This document shows, one piece after another, positions 1-9,200 of a DNA stretch of 39,856 nucleotides (position 1 is the stretch's first letter; the number at the start of each line of letters is the position of its first letter). The notes beneath the pieces were generated by a model, which searched no databases, was not told the DNA's origin, and saw only the letters and a list, made by a program, of their open reading frames with translations. The stretch lies in the IMG/VR virus record IMGVR_UViG_3300045988_044783, positions 1 to 39,856 of that record. One strand, written 5' to 3'. Source of the stretch: a virus. The position numbers were made by a program, and so were the translations under genes.

Positions 1-51
1 ACCGGATAACGAGTTTTGCCCTCGCTTCATCGTTGAACTTTGTTGCTATAT
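1..51. repeat. Terminal direct repeat, left copy (51 bp, identical to 39806-39856)
   Basis: accggataacgagttttgccctcgcttcatcgttgaactttgttgctatat is read at both ends of the window. Confidence 0.95.
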
Positions 52-280
52 ACAGGCACTCTGTTTTTGTCAGCTTATACATAGGACGCTTCTCACCTTT
101 CGCGTCCGTGTATTCAACGAGGGAAAAATTTCCCCCGTTAACTTTCACCCAAGCATTCTCCATTGCCCGTATAGCTTTTAATACATCATTATGCGGTTTT
201 CCTGTAATTGTCGCAATCTCTTTTGATGTCATATACTCTTTTGCGTTTATAGTTTCGCCAACTTTAATAATGTTATTCAT
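1..280 (-). CDS. Rha/KilAC antirepressor-like protein, 5' part of a gene that wraps around the window ends (Rha-like N-terminal domain)
   Basis: Hand translation from ATG at 280-278: MNNIIKVGETINAKEYMTSKEIATITGKPHNDVLKAIRAMENAWVKVNGGNFSLVEYTDAKGEKRPMYKLTKTECLYIATKFNDEARAKLVIR. The frame stays open at base 1 and continues in frame into 39805->39339 (WEELERANSMGNFNVPK...). The pattern resembles the phage Rha regulatory domain. Confidence 0.8.
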   Translation of the reverse strand, partial: MNNIIKVGETINAKEYMTSKEIATITGKPHNDVLKAIRAMENAWVKVNGGNFSLVEYTDAKGEKRPMYKLTKTECLYIATKFNDEARAKLVIR

Positions 281-297
281 AACTTTAAAATTACTGT

Positions 298-576
298 TTA
301 TAATATATTTACTGTTAAAACCTTTTCTACTATATCGAAGGAATATTTATACCCGTCATTCTCCAACACTTGATAGACTGAATTTAAAACGTCCTTATCA
401 TCTGTCCCTATCGGTATTCGGGCTACATGATTGCCGTAGTACGCTTGCTGTATAATCTCCATTCCGATCTCCCTAATAAGCCTACTTATAACTGGGTGAC
501 TGCGGACGTATACATCAAACGCTTCATCCCTTGTGGCTATCAGTATCTTGTCACTTTGCTTCTTTATGAATTTCAT
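298..576 (-). CDS. Hypothetical protein (92 aa)
   Basis: Track ORF on the coding strand, packed between neighbouring genes. No motif recognised. Confidence 0.7.
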   Translation of the reverse strand: MKFIKKQSDKILIATRDEAFDVYVRSHPVISRLIREIGMEIIQQAYYGNHVARIPIGTDDKDVLNSVYQVLENDGYKYSFDIVEKVLTVNIL

Positions 577-591
577 AATGATTCAATTTGC

Positions 592-831
592 TTATAATAC
601 ATCTTGTTTAATATCTCCATTGGGAAACACATACGTTACCAATATGCAGCGTATGTTTGAGGCGACCATTTCGTTTTCAAAGATAGTCCAAAATACCGTA
701 TGCCCGAACTTTTCAGCGCATTCACGCTGCTTTTTCTTAATCTGAGTCAATGCGCCTCTAATTGATTTAGCCTCTACTGAAAAACACTCTTTTTTAAGAG
801 TATCTCTAAAATACCATGTTTTAAATTTCAT
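592..831 (-). CDS. Hypothetical small protein (79 aa), first gene after early promoter copy 1
   Basis: The track ORF 592..888 starts inside the promoter -7 box (875-882). The first ATG downstream of the predicted transcription start is codon 20 (831), preceded by the conserved leader ACAAAGTAGTAAC...ATTATG. Confidence 0.65.
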   Translation of the reverse strand: MKFKTWYFRDTLKKECFSVEAKSIRGALTQIKKKQRECAEKFGHTVFWTIFENEMVASNIRCILVTYVFPNGDIKQDVL

Positions 832-847
832 AATCGTATATTTTAAT

Positions 848-935
848 GTTACTACTTTGTTTCTTTCGACACTGCAAATATAAAGCAAAACTTTAAATTA
901 CAAATCAAAACTTTAATCTTTAACACTTATTTAAC
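848..935 (-). promoter_or_regulatory. Early promoter cassette copy 1: 24-nt conserved element (912-935), -33 TTTG (901-904), -7 TATATTTG (875-882), conserved leader (848-860)
   Basis: On the minus strand TTTG-N18-TATATTTG matches the Bacteroidota -33/-7 consensus. The 24-nt block tttaatctttaacacttatttaac is identical at 18869-18892 and 32821-32844. Confidence 0.7.
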
Positions 936-960
936 GTTTGCACATCTGAGACAAGACAAT

Positions 961-992
961 AAAAAACCCCGCTACTTTCACAAGCAACGGGG
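961..992 (-). terminator. Hairpin H-a: stem ccccg/cgggg (967-971/988-992), 16-nt loop, U-run on the minus strand
   Basis: Minus strand reads CCCCG-TTGCTTGTGAAAGTAG-CGGGG-TTTTTT. The loop is 13/16 identical to hairpin H-b. Confidence 0.5.
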
Positions 993-1081
993 AAAAATGA
1001 AAAATGACAAAAAATCCAATAAACAACAATTACCTAACTAATTAACCTATATTATATATTTATGAATAGAAATCTCTTTTT

Positions 1082-1112
1082 AAAAACCTACCTATTTTCA
1101 CAAACCAGTAGG
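1082..1112 (-). terminator. Hairpin H-b: stem cctac/gtagg (1087-1091/1108-1112), 16-nt loop, U-run on the minus strand
   Basis: Minus strand reads CCTAC-TGGTTTGTGAAAATAG-GTAGG-TTTTT. Three stem pairs covary relative to H-a. Confidence 0.5.
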
Positions 1113-1291
1113 GAATAATCACTTAATATTAACCATGATTGCAATTATTAACAACGCTTTGTTAATGATACGTTTGCTTCTACATAAAGACTTACCAATA
1201 AAGAAATGATTAATAATTTATTTATTTGTAATTCTCTGAGTGCAAATGTAGGCATTATTTTTATACCTGCAATAGCTTTAACCAACGTTAA

Positions 1292-1897
1292 CTATTTAAT
1301 TATTGTAGTCACCTTTAAATCAAGTATTTGCGTATCTGGGTTTTTACTGGTTACAATAAACTCCCTATACTTCACCTTCTTTAATCTCCACCATAAGAAA
1401 CGCTTCCGGTGTTCTATGTTCAATAACTCTAAGCTATCCCGAACGGTTACCTTGCCCGCAAATACATCGGGCGATTCTATGCATCCTTTAACATTTACCC
1501 ATTTAGAGGCGAAATTCAAGCATTTTAATGTGTCAGCAACCAAACTATCACGAATGATAATACTATCACGTAGAGAGCCGGAAAACGTGCTCTCCGTTGA
1601 TGTTTGAATGCTTGTATGACTCTTTAGGTCTTTGATACTTTGTTTCAAGTCCTTTATAGTGCTGTCTTTACCCTGCAATGTGTTCCTGTACTGGCGCAAA
1701 GTAAGGTTTAGCTCCTCCGCTTTCATCGCTGATTTGCCTGACTCCGTGCGATACGCTACGTTCTGAGTAGTAAGTACACTTACATTCCTGTTCAGAATGC
1801 CGTTTTCTTCCCTCAGTTTAGCGTTATACCTAAGAAGACATATAATTAGTAGGCAAAGGAAAGAAAATGCTACTATGGCTGTTATTTTAGCTTTCAT
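1292..1897 (-). CDS. Membrane-anchored coiled-coil protein, spanin-like lysis accessory candidate (201 aa)
   Basis: N-terminal TM segment (ITAIVAFSFLCLLIICLL), then a coiled-coil-like stretch. It lies immediately downstream of the endolysin and is the last gene of the late operon. Confidence 0.45.
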   Translation of the reverse strand: MKAKITAIVAFSFLCLLIICLLRYNAKLREENGILNRNVSVLTTQNVAYRTESGKSAMKAEELNLTLRQYRNTLQGKDSTIKDLKQSIKDLKSHTSIQTSTESTFSGSLRDSIIIRDSLVADTLKCLNFASKWVNVKGCIESPDVFAGKVTVRDSLELLNIEHRKRFLWWRLKKVKYREFIVTSKNPDTQILDLKVTTIIK

Positions 1898-1903
1898 ACT
1901 GTT

Positions 1904-2302
1904 TTATTTTAAATGAAGTGACTCACAACGCAAATCAGATGGGATGTAAGACACATGCACCCATCGGAAACCTTTTTCATCTAAATTCTGAGTGAATTTA
2001 AAGTTGTGCCGAATGATATTAAACAACCGTTCGTTTTCTTCCGGACTACCCGCTGTAATATCAGCAGCATATCCCTTTACATGGTGACTATTAGGTACGC
2101 CTCCGACTGCCTTGTTTAGCTCCGGGCACCGATAGCCCGAATTGACTGTGATAGGTTTACCGTAAATCTCTCTCAAGGGGGCTAATACGTTTTCAACTAA
2201 AGCCGTTAAATTACGCTCTACCTCCGGTGTTGGGGTGTTATCTATCCCCTTAGCCTCAGCCGTAGAGGACTTTGTAAGTTCTTTAATCGTAAAATACTTC
2301 AT
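1904..2302 (-). CDS. Endolysin, peptidase M15 family (zinc D-Ala-D-Ala carboxypeptidase-like, 132 aa)
   Basis: Motifs SGYRCPELN, HHVKGYAADI and WVHVS fit the H-x-D...H zinc site of M15 phage L-alanyl-D-glutamate / D,D-peptidases. Adjacent to a holin-like gene. Confidence 0.85.
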   Translation of the reverse strand: MKYFTIKELTKSSTAEAKGIDNTPTPEVERNLTALVENVLAPLREIYGKPITVNSGYRCPELNKAVGGVPNSHHVKGYAADITAGSPEENERLFNIIRHNFKFTQNLDEKGFRWVHVSYIPSDLRCESLHLK

Positions 2303-2325
2303 AATCTAAATGTTTAAAGGGGGAA

Positions 2326-2820
2326 CTATACCCCCTTGTGAATAACCTGTTTTTCTTTCTCCTCCTGCTCTTCGATAATCTTTGACGCATGTTCACCCAT
2401 CAGCCTCTTAAACTCAAATCTAATGATGTGATAGATCAGTTTGAAACCTTTGTTGTTCGGGTATGTCATGCACAAGTTACGGAAGCCGTTGCATAAGTAG
2501 ACGTACATAAACACATACGTGATTGTCTTTGCGCACATAATTGCAGCGTCTTTATCCCCCATCTTAGTTACCGCTGAGAATATCACTACTATAATCATAA
2601 TATACATCAAAAACTCCTGTAAAGCCGATACGAATTTAAAGATAGTGAATCTTTGAGCACCCTTGATTGACACGCTTACGCCGTCCGCACGCATACCGCA
2701 AATTATGTTAAAGGCAAACATAAACACAAGTGCCGTCAAGAATCCGGACGTAGGTGTTAAAAATGCAAGAATAGGGCTGCATGTGGATACCATCAGCAGC
2801 CTAATTTGTTCCTGTGACAT
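2326..2820 (-). CDS. Holin-like multi-pass membrane protein (164 aa)
   Basis: Three to four hydrophobic segments and a charged C-terminal tail (EEQEEKEKQ). Directly upstream of the endolysin. Confidence 0.55.
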   Translation of the reverse strand: MSQEQIRLLMVSTCSPILAFLTPTSGFLTALVFMFAFNIICGMRADGVSVSIKGAQRFTIFKFVSALQEFLMYIMIIVVIFSAVTKMGDKDAAIMCAKTITYVFMYVYLCNGFRNLCMTYPNNKGFKLIYHIIRFEFKRLMGEHASKIIEEQEEKEKQVIHKGV

Positions 2821-3182
2821 TATTCTGATTGTTTAGTTAATGCAAAAATGTAGTTCTGAAAATCTCCCAACAAAGCGGGTGTCTTTTCGTGTACAGGGAA
2901 TTGATTAAGTTCAAAACGAGCCTGCGACATCGACAAAGTGCCCAACTTAACATATTGTTCCTGCATGGTAGGCGTGTTATCCGTTCCCGGCACTTGAACC
3001 ATTTCTTTAACTGATACCTCAGCTGTACAGTGTGTGATCTGCTTTACTTGATCGGGTTGCTGTACGATTGTAATCTGACCTTTAAAAAGTCCGTTATCAG
3101 TCTCAAAACTATAATCCAAAATCTGTGTTTCTTTCGAGTACTTAACACTCTCCAAACTAAAAATAGCTTCTTTTGTTGCCAT
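2820..3182 (-). CDS. Hypothetical protein (120 aa)
   Basis: Track ORF. Its stop overlaps the holin start (TAATG). Confidence 0.7.
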   Translation of the reverse strand: MATKEAIFSLESVKYSKETQILDYSFETDNGLFKGQITIVQQPDQVKQITHCTAEVSVKEMVQVPGTDNTPTMQEQYVKLGTLSMSQARFELNQFPVHEKTPALLGDFQNYIFALTKQSE

Positions 3183-3278
3183 AAAAATTGATATTTAATT
3201 GTGAATGAATAAATTATTTGCTACAAAGGTAAACGGTAAGAAGGATAAAACCAACTTACCGTCAATTAAAACACTAAA

Positions 3279-6200
3279 CTACCTAACCATGCCACAAAAA
3301 TAAATAATAACTGCGCTGTCAGCCATGCCATTATTTACATCAAATACTTTGTATGTAAACTCCCCCTCTGAGTATGGTTCTACTGTTGTACTGAGCCATG
3401 AATTAACATTATACCCTGTAATCATAACAAAGTAATCTCCATTCGAACCAGTCGTATAAACAGTATATCTCCCTGTTGAGTTTTTAATTACCCTTGTTAT
3501 GTGAAAGTCAGGGTTCCCCCATGTTTTACCAATTGCTCCGTTTGCCAAAATCGTACATGCGTAAAAAACACCTGGAGCTTTCCATGTTTGAGCACCCATA
3601 AAATCAACATCTTTACACTGGACCCAAAAATCTGACCCTGTTAAGAATATTTTTCCTTTGCCCGTAGTAGTCAACGCATAGCCACCCGAATTGTTCTCTA
3701 CACGTACTCCACTACTATCAAAAGTAGCGGCATTGCCCGCTAGAGTCATTTGTATACCTGCCGGAACTTCTTGTGCGGAAAATATACCGCTAGAGATAGT
3801 AAAACTACCTACTCTTGCGCCATTTGTAATATTTATATTCTTACCTGTAAGAACACCTCCTGTAATAGTCATTCCCGCAATCACCGCGCCATCCGTAACA
3901 GTCAAGTTTCCGGTTGTGATCCTCTGCGCAGCAAAACCATTCGCAACAACCTCGCCCGCCTCAATCACGTTGGCACTCAACCGACCGTTGGCGTTCAGTG
4001 CTGCCGTTTGCTGTCCTGCGTTATTCTGAAAGAGGACGTTATCAGACTTTAGCACGATTTTGCGGGACGTGATGTTTATTCCAGTCTCGACCAAACCGTT
4101 ATTTGTTGCGTCCGCTTTATTGTTGGCAGTGCCTGCCAATGAATTTGCAGCGTTTGCAGTAGACTGTGCTGCGCCTGCTGCGCTGTTGGCACTATTGGCG
4201 GTTGACTGTGCGCCATCCGCTTTACCTTCAACAACGGATAGTTTTGCGCTCGTATCAGTTAGTTTAAGTTCAGCACTCGTTAACCTGTTTTCGGTTGCGC
4301 TTATTCGCTGTACTGCTGCTGTAATAGACTGATTTGTTACGTCAATCTTACTGTTTGTGTACTCAGCCGATTTATATACTGGATCTTGTTCGTTGGGACT
4401 CCATGCGGTTGCGACTTCGCCAAACTCTACTTTGAAATCTTTCACCCATATATAAGCCCATGATATTTCTTCTATATCAACAAAATTATACACTTCCGGT
4501 AAACTTGCATTTTTGCTTACATCAAAAGTATGCTTAAAAAAACTCCAATTGTTGTCGGGGGTGGCACGAACACGGTAAGTATCGGAATCACAAACATCAA
4601 TAGTTATACCTGGAGTTGTATTTTGAGAGCCTCTAATCCACCCTGATACAGTGTATTTACCTGTTATTGGAGGTATGATATTAGGTATCCTAATATGTGA
4701 ATTACCGGATGAATTGCCTACAAGATGAAAACCGTGATTAGCTAAGTCTCTTTTGATAGTCATATCACTGGAACTCATTTGGTTTAATTGAGAACTCGTG
4801 TAGCTATACAAGTTGTTACCTCCGAACTGAGTATTTTGTATCTCTTTGCTGACTTCAAGTGATATTTTACCCTCAACAATGCTTATTTGCTGAGTTGTAT
4901 ATTCAACGCTTTTGTTGTAGGTGTCGTTGGCAGATGGACTCCACGAAGCACCGATACTTCCATCAGTCATATTTATATTTCTATAATAATAACTCACACC
5001 TACATCATTCGTTTCGTTATTACCGGAAAAACCACAAAGGAATAGCCAATCGTTCGGATTACCGCTATCGGGAGTTTTAACAGTAACGTAATACCTTACC
5101 CAATTGGGTTTATTTTCAATATAAACCTGTTCATGTGCTAACATTATCTCCTGCGAATCTTCATACCTACGTATATTTACCCAAAAATAACCGTCATTAT
5201 AATAATTTCCTTGAACGTTTATATCTATACCTACGGTGTATTCCTTACCATTACGTATCTCTGATTTATCAACTGGCATCCATCTTTTATATGAATTGAA
5301 AAACCCGTTTCCCTTAATACGAGTTATTCCAGCGTCACCATCACGCACCAACTCGACATTTGATAAATAATCTGATTCATTAAACCAATAACCTTTAGAC
5401 CCGTCTAATAAATTGTTACCTCCGATAGTAGATTTCTCTAACTGAGTTTTAACAGATAATGCAATCTTTCCATCTACCGCCAAGATTTGGGTATCAGTGT
5501 ATTTAACCGATTGATACAATTGATCTTCGGGTGCTGGACTCCAAGACACAGGGAAATTTGTTTCGTACACACCAAGTCTGACACGTGGGTGAAAAAAATA
5601 TCCATAAGTACCGGAAAGAGACTTAATAGGTTTGTTAGTAAGGAAATAATTATTAAGATATTTATCCTTACCTAAATATACCGCAAGATCACGTGACCCG
5701 TCTGTATAATTAACAAATATAGTTAACGTTGCTTGATTATCCGATGTTGGGGGATTATCGTAACTAAAATAATCACAAAAAATATAATATCTTTTATTTG
5801 GATCATAAGTTAAACCAAACATGTCCTTTATTGGAGAATGTGCATGACTTTCAGCATTTAACTTAACAAGATCAATGAAAAAAGTCCCATCATCTTTATA
5901 GTCCGAAGCATAAGTAAACCCCGAATCAACAATACGCTTGAAAGAACATAGGTTCTTTAGACCTACGTTTTTTTCGCTTGTAGATGGTATCCAACTTGTA
6001 ACACCCAAATTCCCATCGGTTAAAACAGCCCAATGTACTTTTGAACCGAAAGCGCCGTTCGGGAATTGATAGAAAGACAATGGTTCACCCGGCTTATATC
6101 CTTTCATGGTTACTTTTGTGCTTTCTATAACTCTTTCCCCCTTAGTTGTGAGATTTGCTATTCTGTTTGTACCAACATTAGAATAAACACCTATATTGGT

Positions 6201-9200
6201 ATTACCACTCCCAATAGTATAGCATACAGTCAAAGTGTATTCCTTCCCGTCTATAACTGGTGTATCATAGTTATATGCGGCAAATCTATAAGAGTTATTT
6301 GCTTTTTCTTCATACGAACCCTTCAACAAGTTAACATCAGCCGTTTTCATACTCCGTACAGCAAGTTCGATCTTACCTGGTATCGCTGTAATCTCCGTAT
6401 CTAAATAGTCCTTTAGCTTTTTATCCGCTTCATCTACGTAGCCCTTGGCAGCGTCCGCAATGGCATTCAACGCTCCGTTACGTTTGTCGTAGTAAGCTGT
6501 TTGACTCTGTACCAACTCCGGGCGGACTGCAATATCTTCCGGTGCCGCTGCTGAGTGATAACGTAGTTCGTTCAGATAGTTGTTATACGCCTCTGTGTAT
6601 TCAGCTACAAGAACACCGTATTTGTCCGCATTCGCTTTAATTTGCAGATATTCCGCTTGAATGCGCTTCCCTTCGTCAATCAATGCAGGCTTCTCGGTCG
6701 GTGAAATAAATCCATCATCAGCCCATTTGTTAAGCCTGTCTTTGGCTTCCTGTGCCGATTGTGCTGCGTTCGCTGCGTCCTGTGCCGCTTTATCGGCTGC
6801 GTCCTTTGCAATCTTAATTTCGTCCTCTACACGCTTACCGTTGCGCAATACAAAGATACCCTTCAAAAAAGCATTCGTAGAATAGAAACCGGTCCCTTTC
6901 ACAGCCGCCTCACCTGTGAAATCGGGGTCTACAATGTTAGACAAATCGCCAAGACGGGTGCGGTCTGTCCCGGTCAGACTCTTTGTCTTGACACCGTTCA
7001 GAATCTCAATGTACGGCTTGCCGCTTTCCTGGGCTGTGATATAAATCAACGCTTGCCGTTCCGCGTTCTTCGTGTTACCCATCTGCACAACTTCATCGCC
7101 AACAGCCGGAACAACACCGTTGAACTCTGCTTTATCTGCAAAGAAAGAAGCCCCGTCAACCGCTTTAACTTCCACCCAATAGAATTTAACTAAGCTATTG
7201 TTTGGTGCGCTTCCTGCCGCTTTCTTTTGCTTTACTGTAACCTTACCATCACCGTGACCGGAATCACCAGTTATTGTTATAGCAAAGTTGTGTATGCCTT
7301 GCGCTGCTTTAATAGCCGGAATAACATTATCACCGTTTTGCAGCAATACGCCTACACCCTCTACCGGACTGTCATTTGAATCAAGTCCGGCAGCAAAAGC
7401 CATCATACCAGGATAGCCTCCCTCCAAAGTCAAGGTAAATGAAGGTATTTCAATTGGTGTAGGGCTTGACTCTGAAAATTTATAGAATGCAAAACCGGAA
7501 TTACCAGTATCATTCAAGTTAAAGCTAATAGAGTCGGGTGTAACATCAATCAAGCTGCTATCAAAAACACCACCGGAATAGTCATATTTTGCAAACTGAG
7601 TAAAGTCAAAAGTAAGTCCCGCACCTTGATAGCCTGCAAACGTCTGACACCGGACTAAATCGCCCTCTTGAAAAGTGGGAAATTCCTCTCCTGTGGTTAG
7701 CTTATATTGCGTTCCTACTTCTTCAACAGCTGACAATTTGCCGTTTGATTGGGACACAACAATAGCACCATTGACACTACGTATCTTTTGGATAAGCAAC
7801 TCAAAGATGTTCATAGTTTGGCGGACGGTTAGGTTATCGCATTCGATATGCCAGTTACCATTCTCCAACCATATTTTAAAGCCCTCACCCAAGAAGCCGG
7901 GAACAAACGTTTCGGACGAAAGGAACTCGTAGATGATAGCTGAAAGGTACTGCAACTGTCCTTCTTTCGTTATCTTTCCGGTATGACTGCCATTTTTTGA
8001 CCCTGTATACACGTCACTGCGCAACATAGAGTCACCTCTTGCGGTTAAATCGTTTACATTGGCATTACCCATTCCGTCAATCGTTGCGGAAGTCTTGTTA
8101 ACAGTTAAAAAGCCAGTTTCCACAGTTTTAAACGTAGCATCTTTTCCTGTGACGTTGTTCAACGTTGCATCATTCCCCTGTATGTCCTTTAACTTAGCGT
8201 TCCCGTCCCTGTCTACGCTTGCAGGATACTCACCGCTTGTATTCGGCGTACCTATGTTCACACCGCCACGAAGGGACAAAAGGAACTCCGTTACATCTTC
8301 GTGATTCTTCGAGATATATCCCTCTAACATGCGGTAAAGGTTGAATTTGCGTGCCTCACCCGCACCCATATCCACGGCAATAGTAGTGTTTTCGTCTATC
8401 AAATCAATCGGAGAAAGTTCACGGATAAGTTTACCTTTAATTGTCGGCTCTCCCTGTTTATATTCACGGTAATACAGCCCTACTACGTCCGGACTAAACA
8501 GAATGGGAGTGTCTATGTCAGCGAGTAGGGCATTATAAAAAGACTCTCTATCTCTCCGATTAAAAGAAGGGAGTTTCTGAATGATTGTATCTGTTTCAAA
8601 CTGACATTCGATCGCGGCCAAATAGCCGTTATCCTGCCAATCGGGATTATACTCGAAGTTAAGAGCGTTATAATATTCCCCGTCATGCGTGAAACGGATA
8701 TAGTCAGACAGACGCACTAAACGAAGCGCATCGCAAATATACTCCGGTGCGAGGAAGTTAAAACCGAACACCTTGTTGCAAGTCTGCAATTCGAGAAACT
8801 TATAGCCCGCTCTCTTTGTTATCTCTTCCTCGAACTCGTATTTCGGTTTAAAGAAGGTAGTCGGGATATACATCTGAAACTTGAAATCATTATCCGTACC
8901 AGTGGTAACGAAGCCATTAGGATATGCCAACTTTTCATCATTCCAGTACTCCAATTTAACAAAGTTGGTATTAGTTTCAATTCCCTCAGTCACGCAAATG
9001 GGGGTAGATACGTATGTTTCACCTTTGGGTATAGTAAACTCAGCACGATATACACCCGGCTCTACTGATTTAGCATACACATTGCTCCCTGGTGATACGT
9101 ATAAAACTGAGTTATGTTCGTCCATCGTATCAACTTTTGTTTTGATACCCGTTCCGGATCTCACTCCGGTAGCTTCATTCACAAGGAATACCTCTACCGT

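Noticed and set aside
1148-1255. The 35-aa hydrophobic ORF after the spanin-like gene as an outer-membrane spanin.
   Set aside because: It has no lipobox or signal-peptidase II cysteine context. Its ATG lies upstream of the only nearby -7 box, and it is too short to call without other evidence.
3691-4332. Plus-strand ORFs (3691..4029, 3750..4052, 4060..4332 and many others such as 13454..14011, 21668..22213, 27163..27666) opposite long minus-strand genes.
   Set aside because: They are antisense shadows of well-supported minus-strand genes. Their translations are low-complexity or hydrophobic junk, they have no promoter or start context, and every functional assignment lies on the minus strand.
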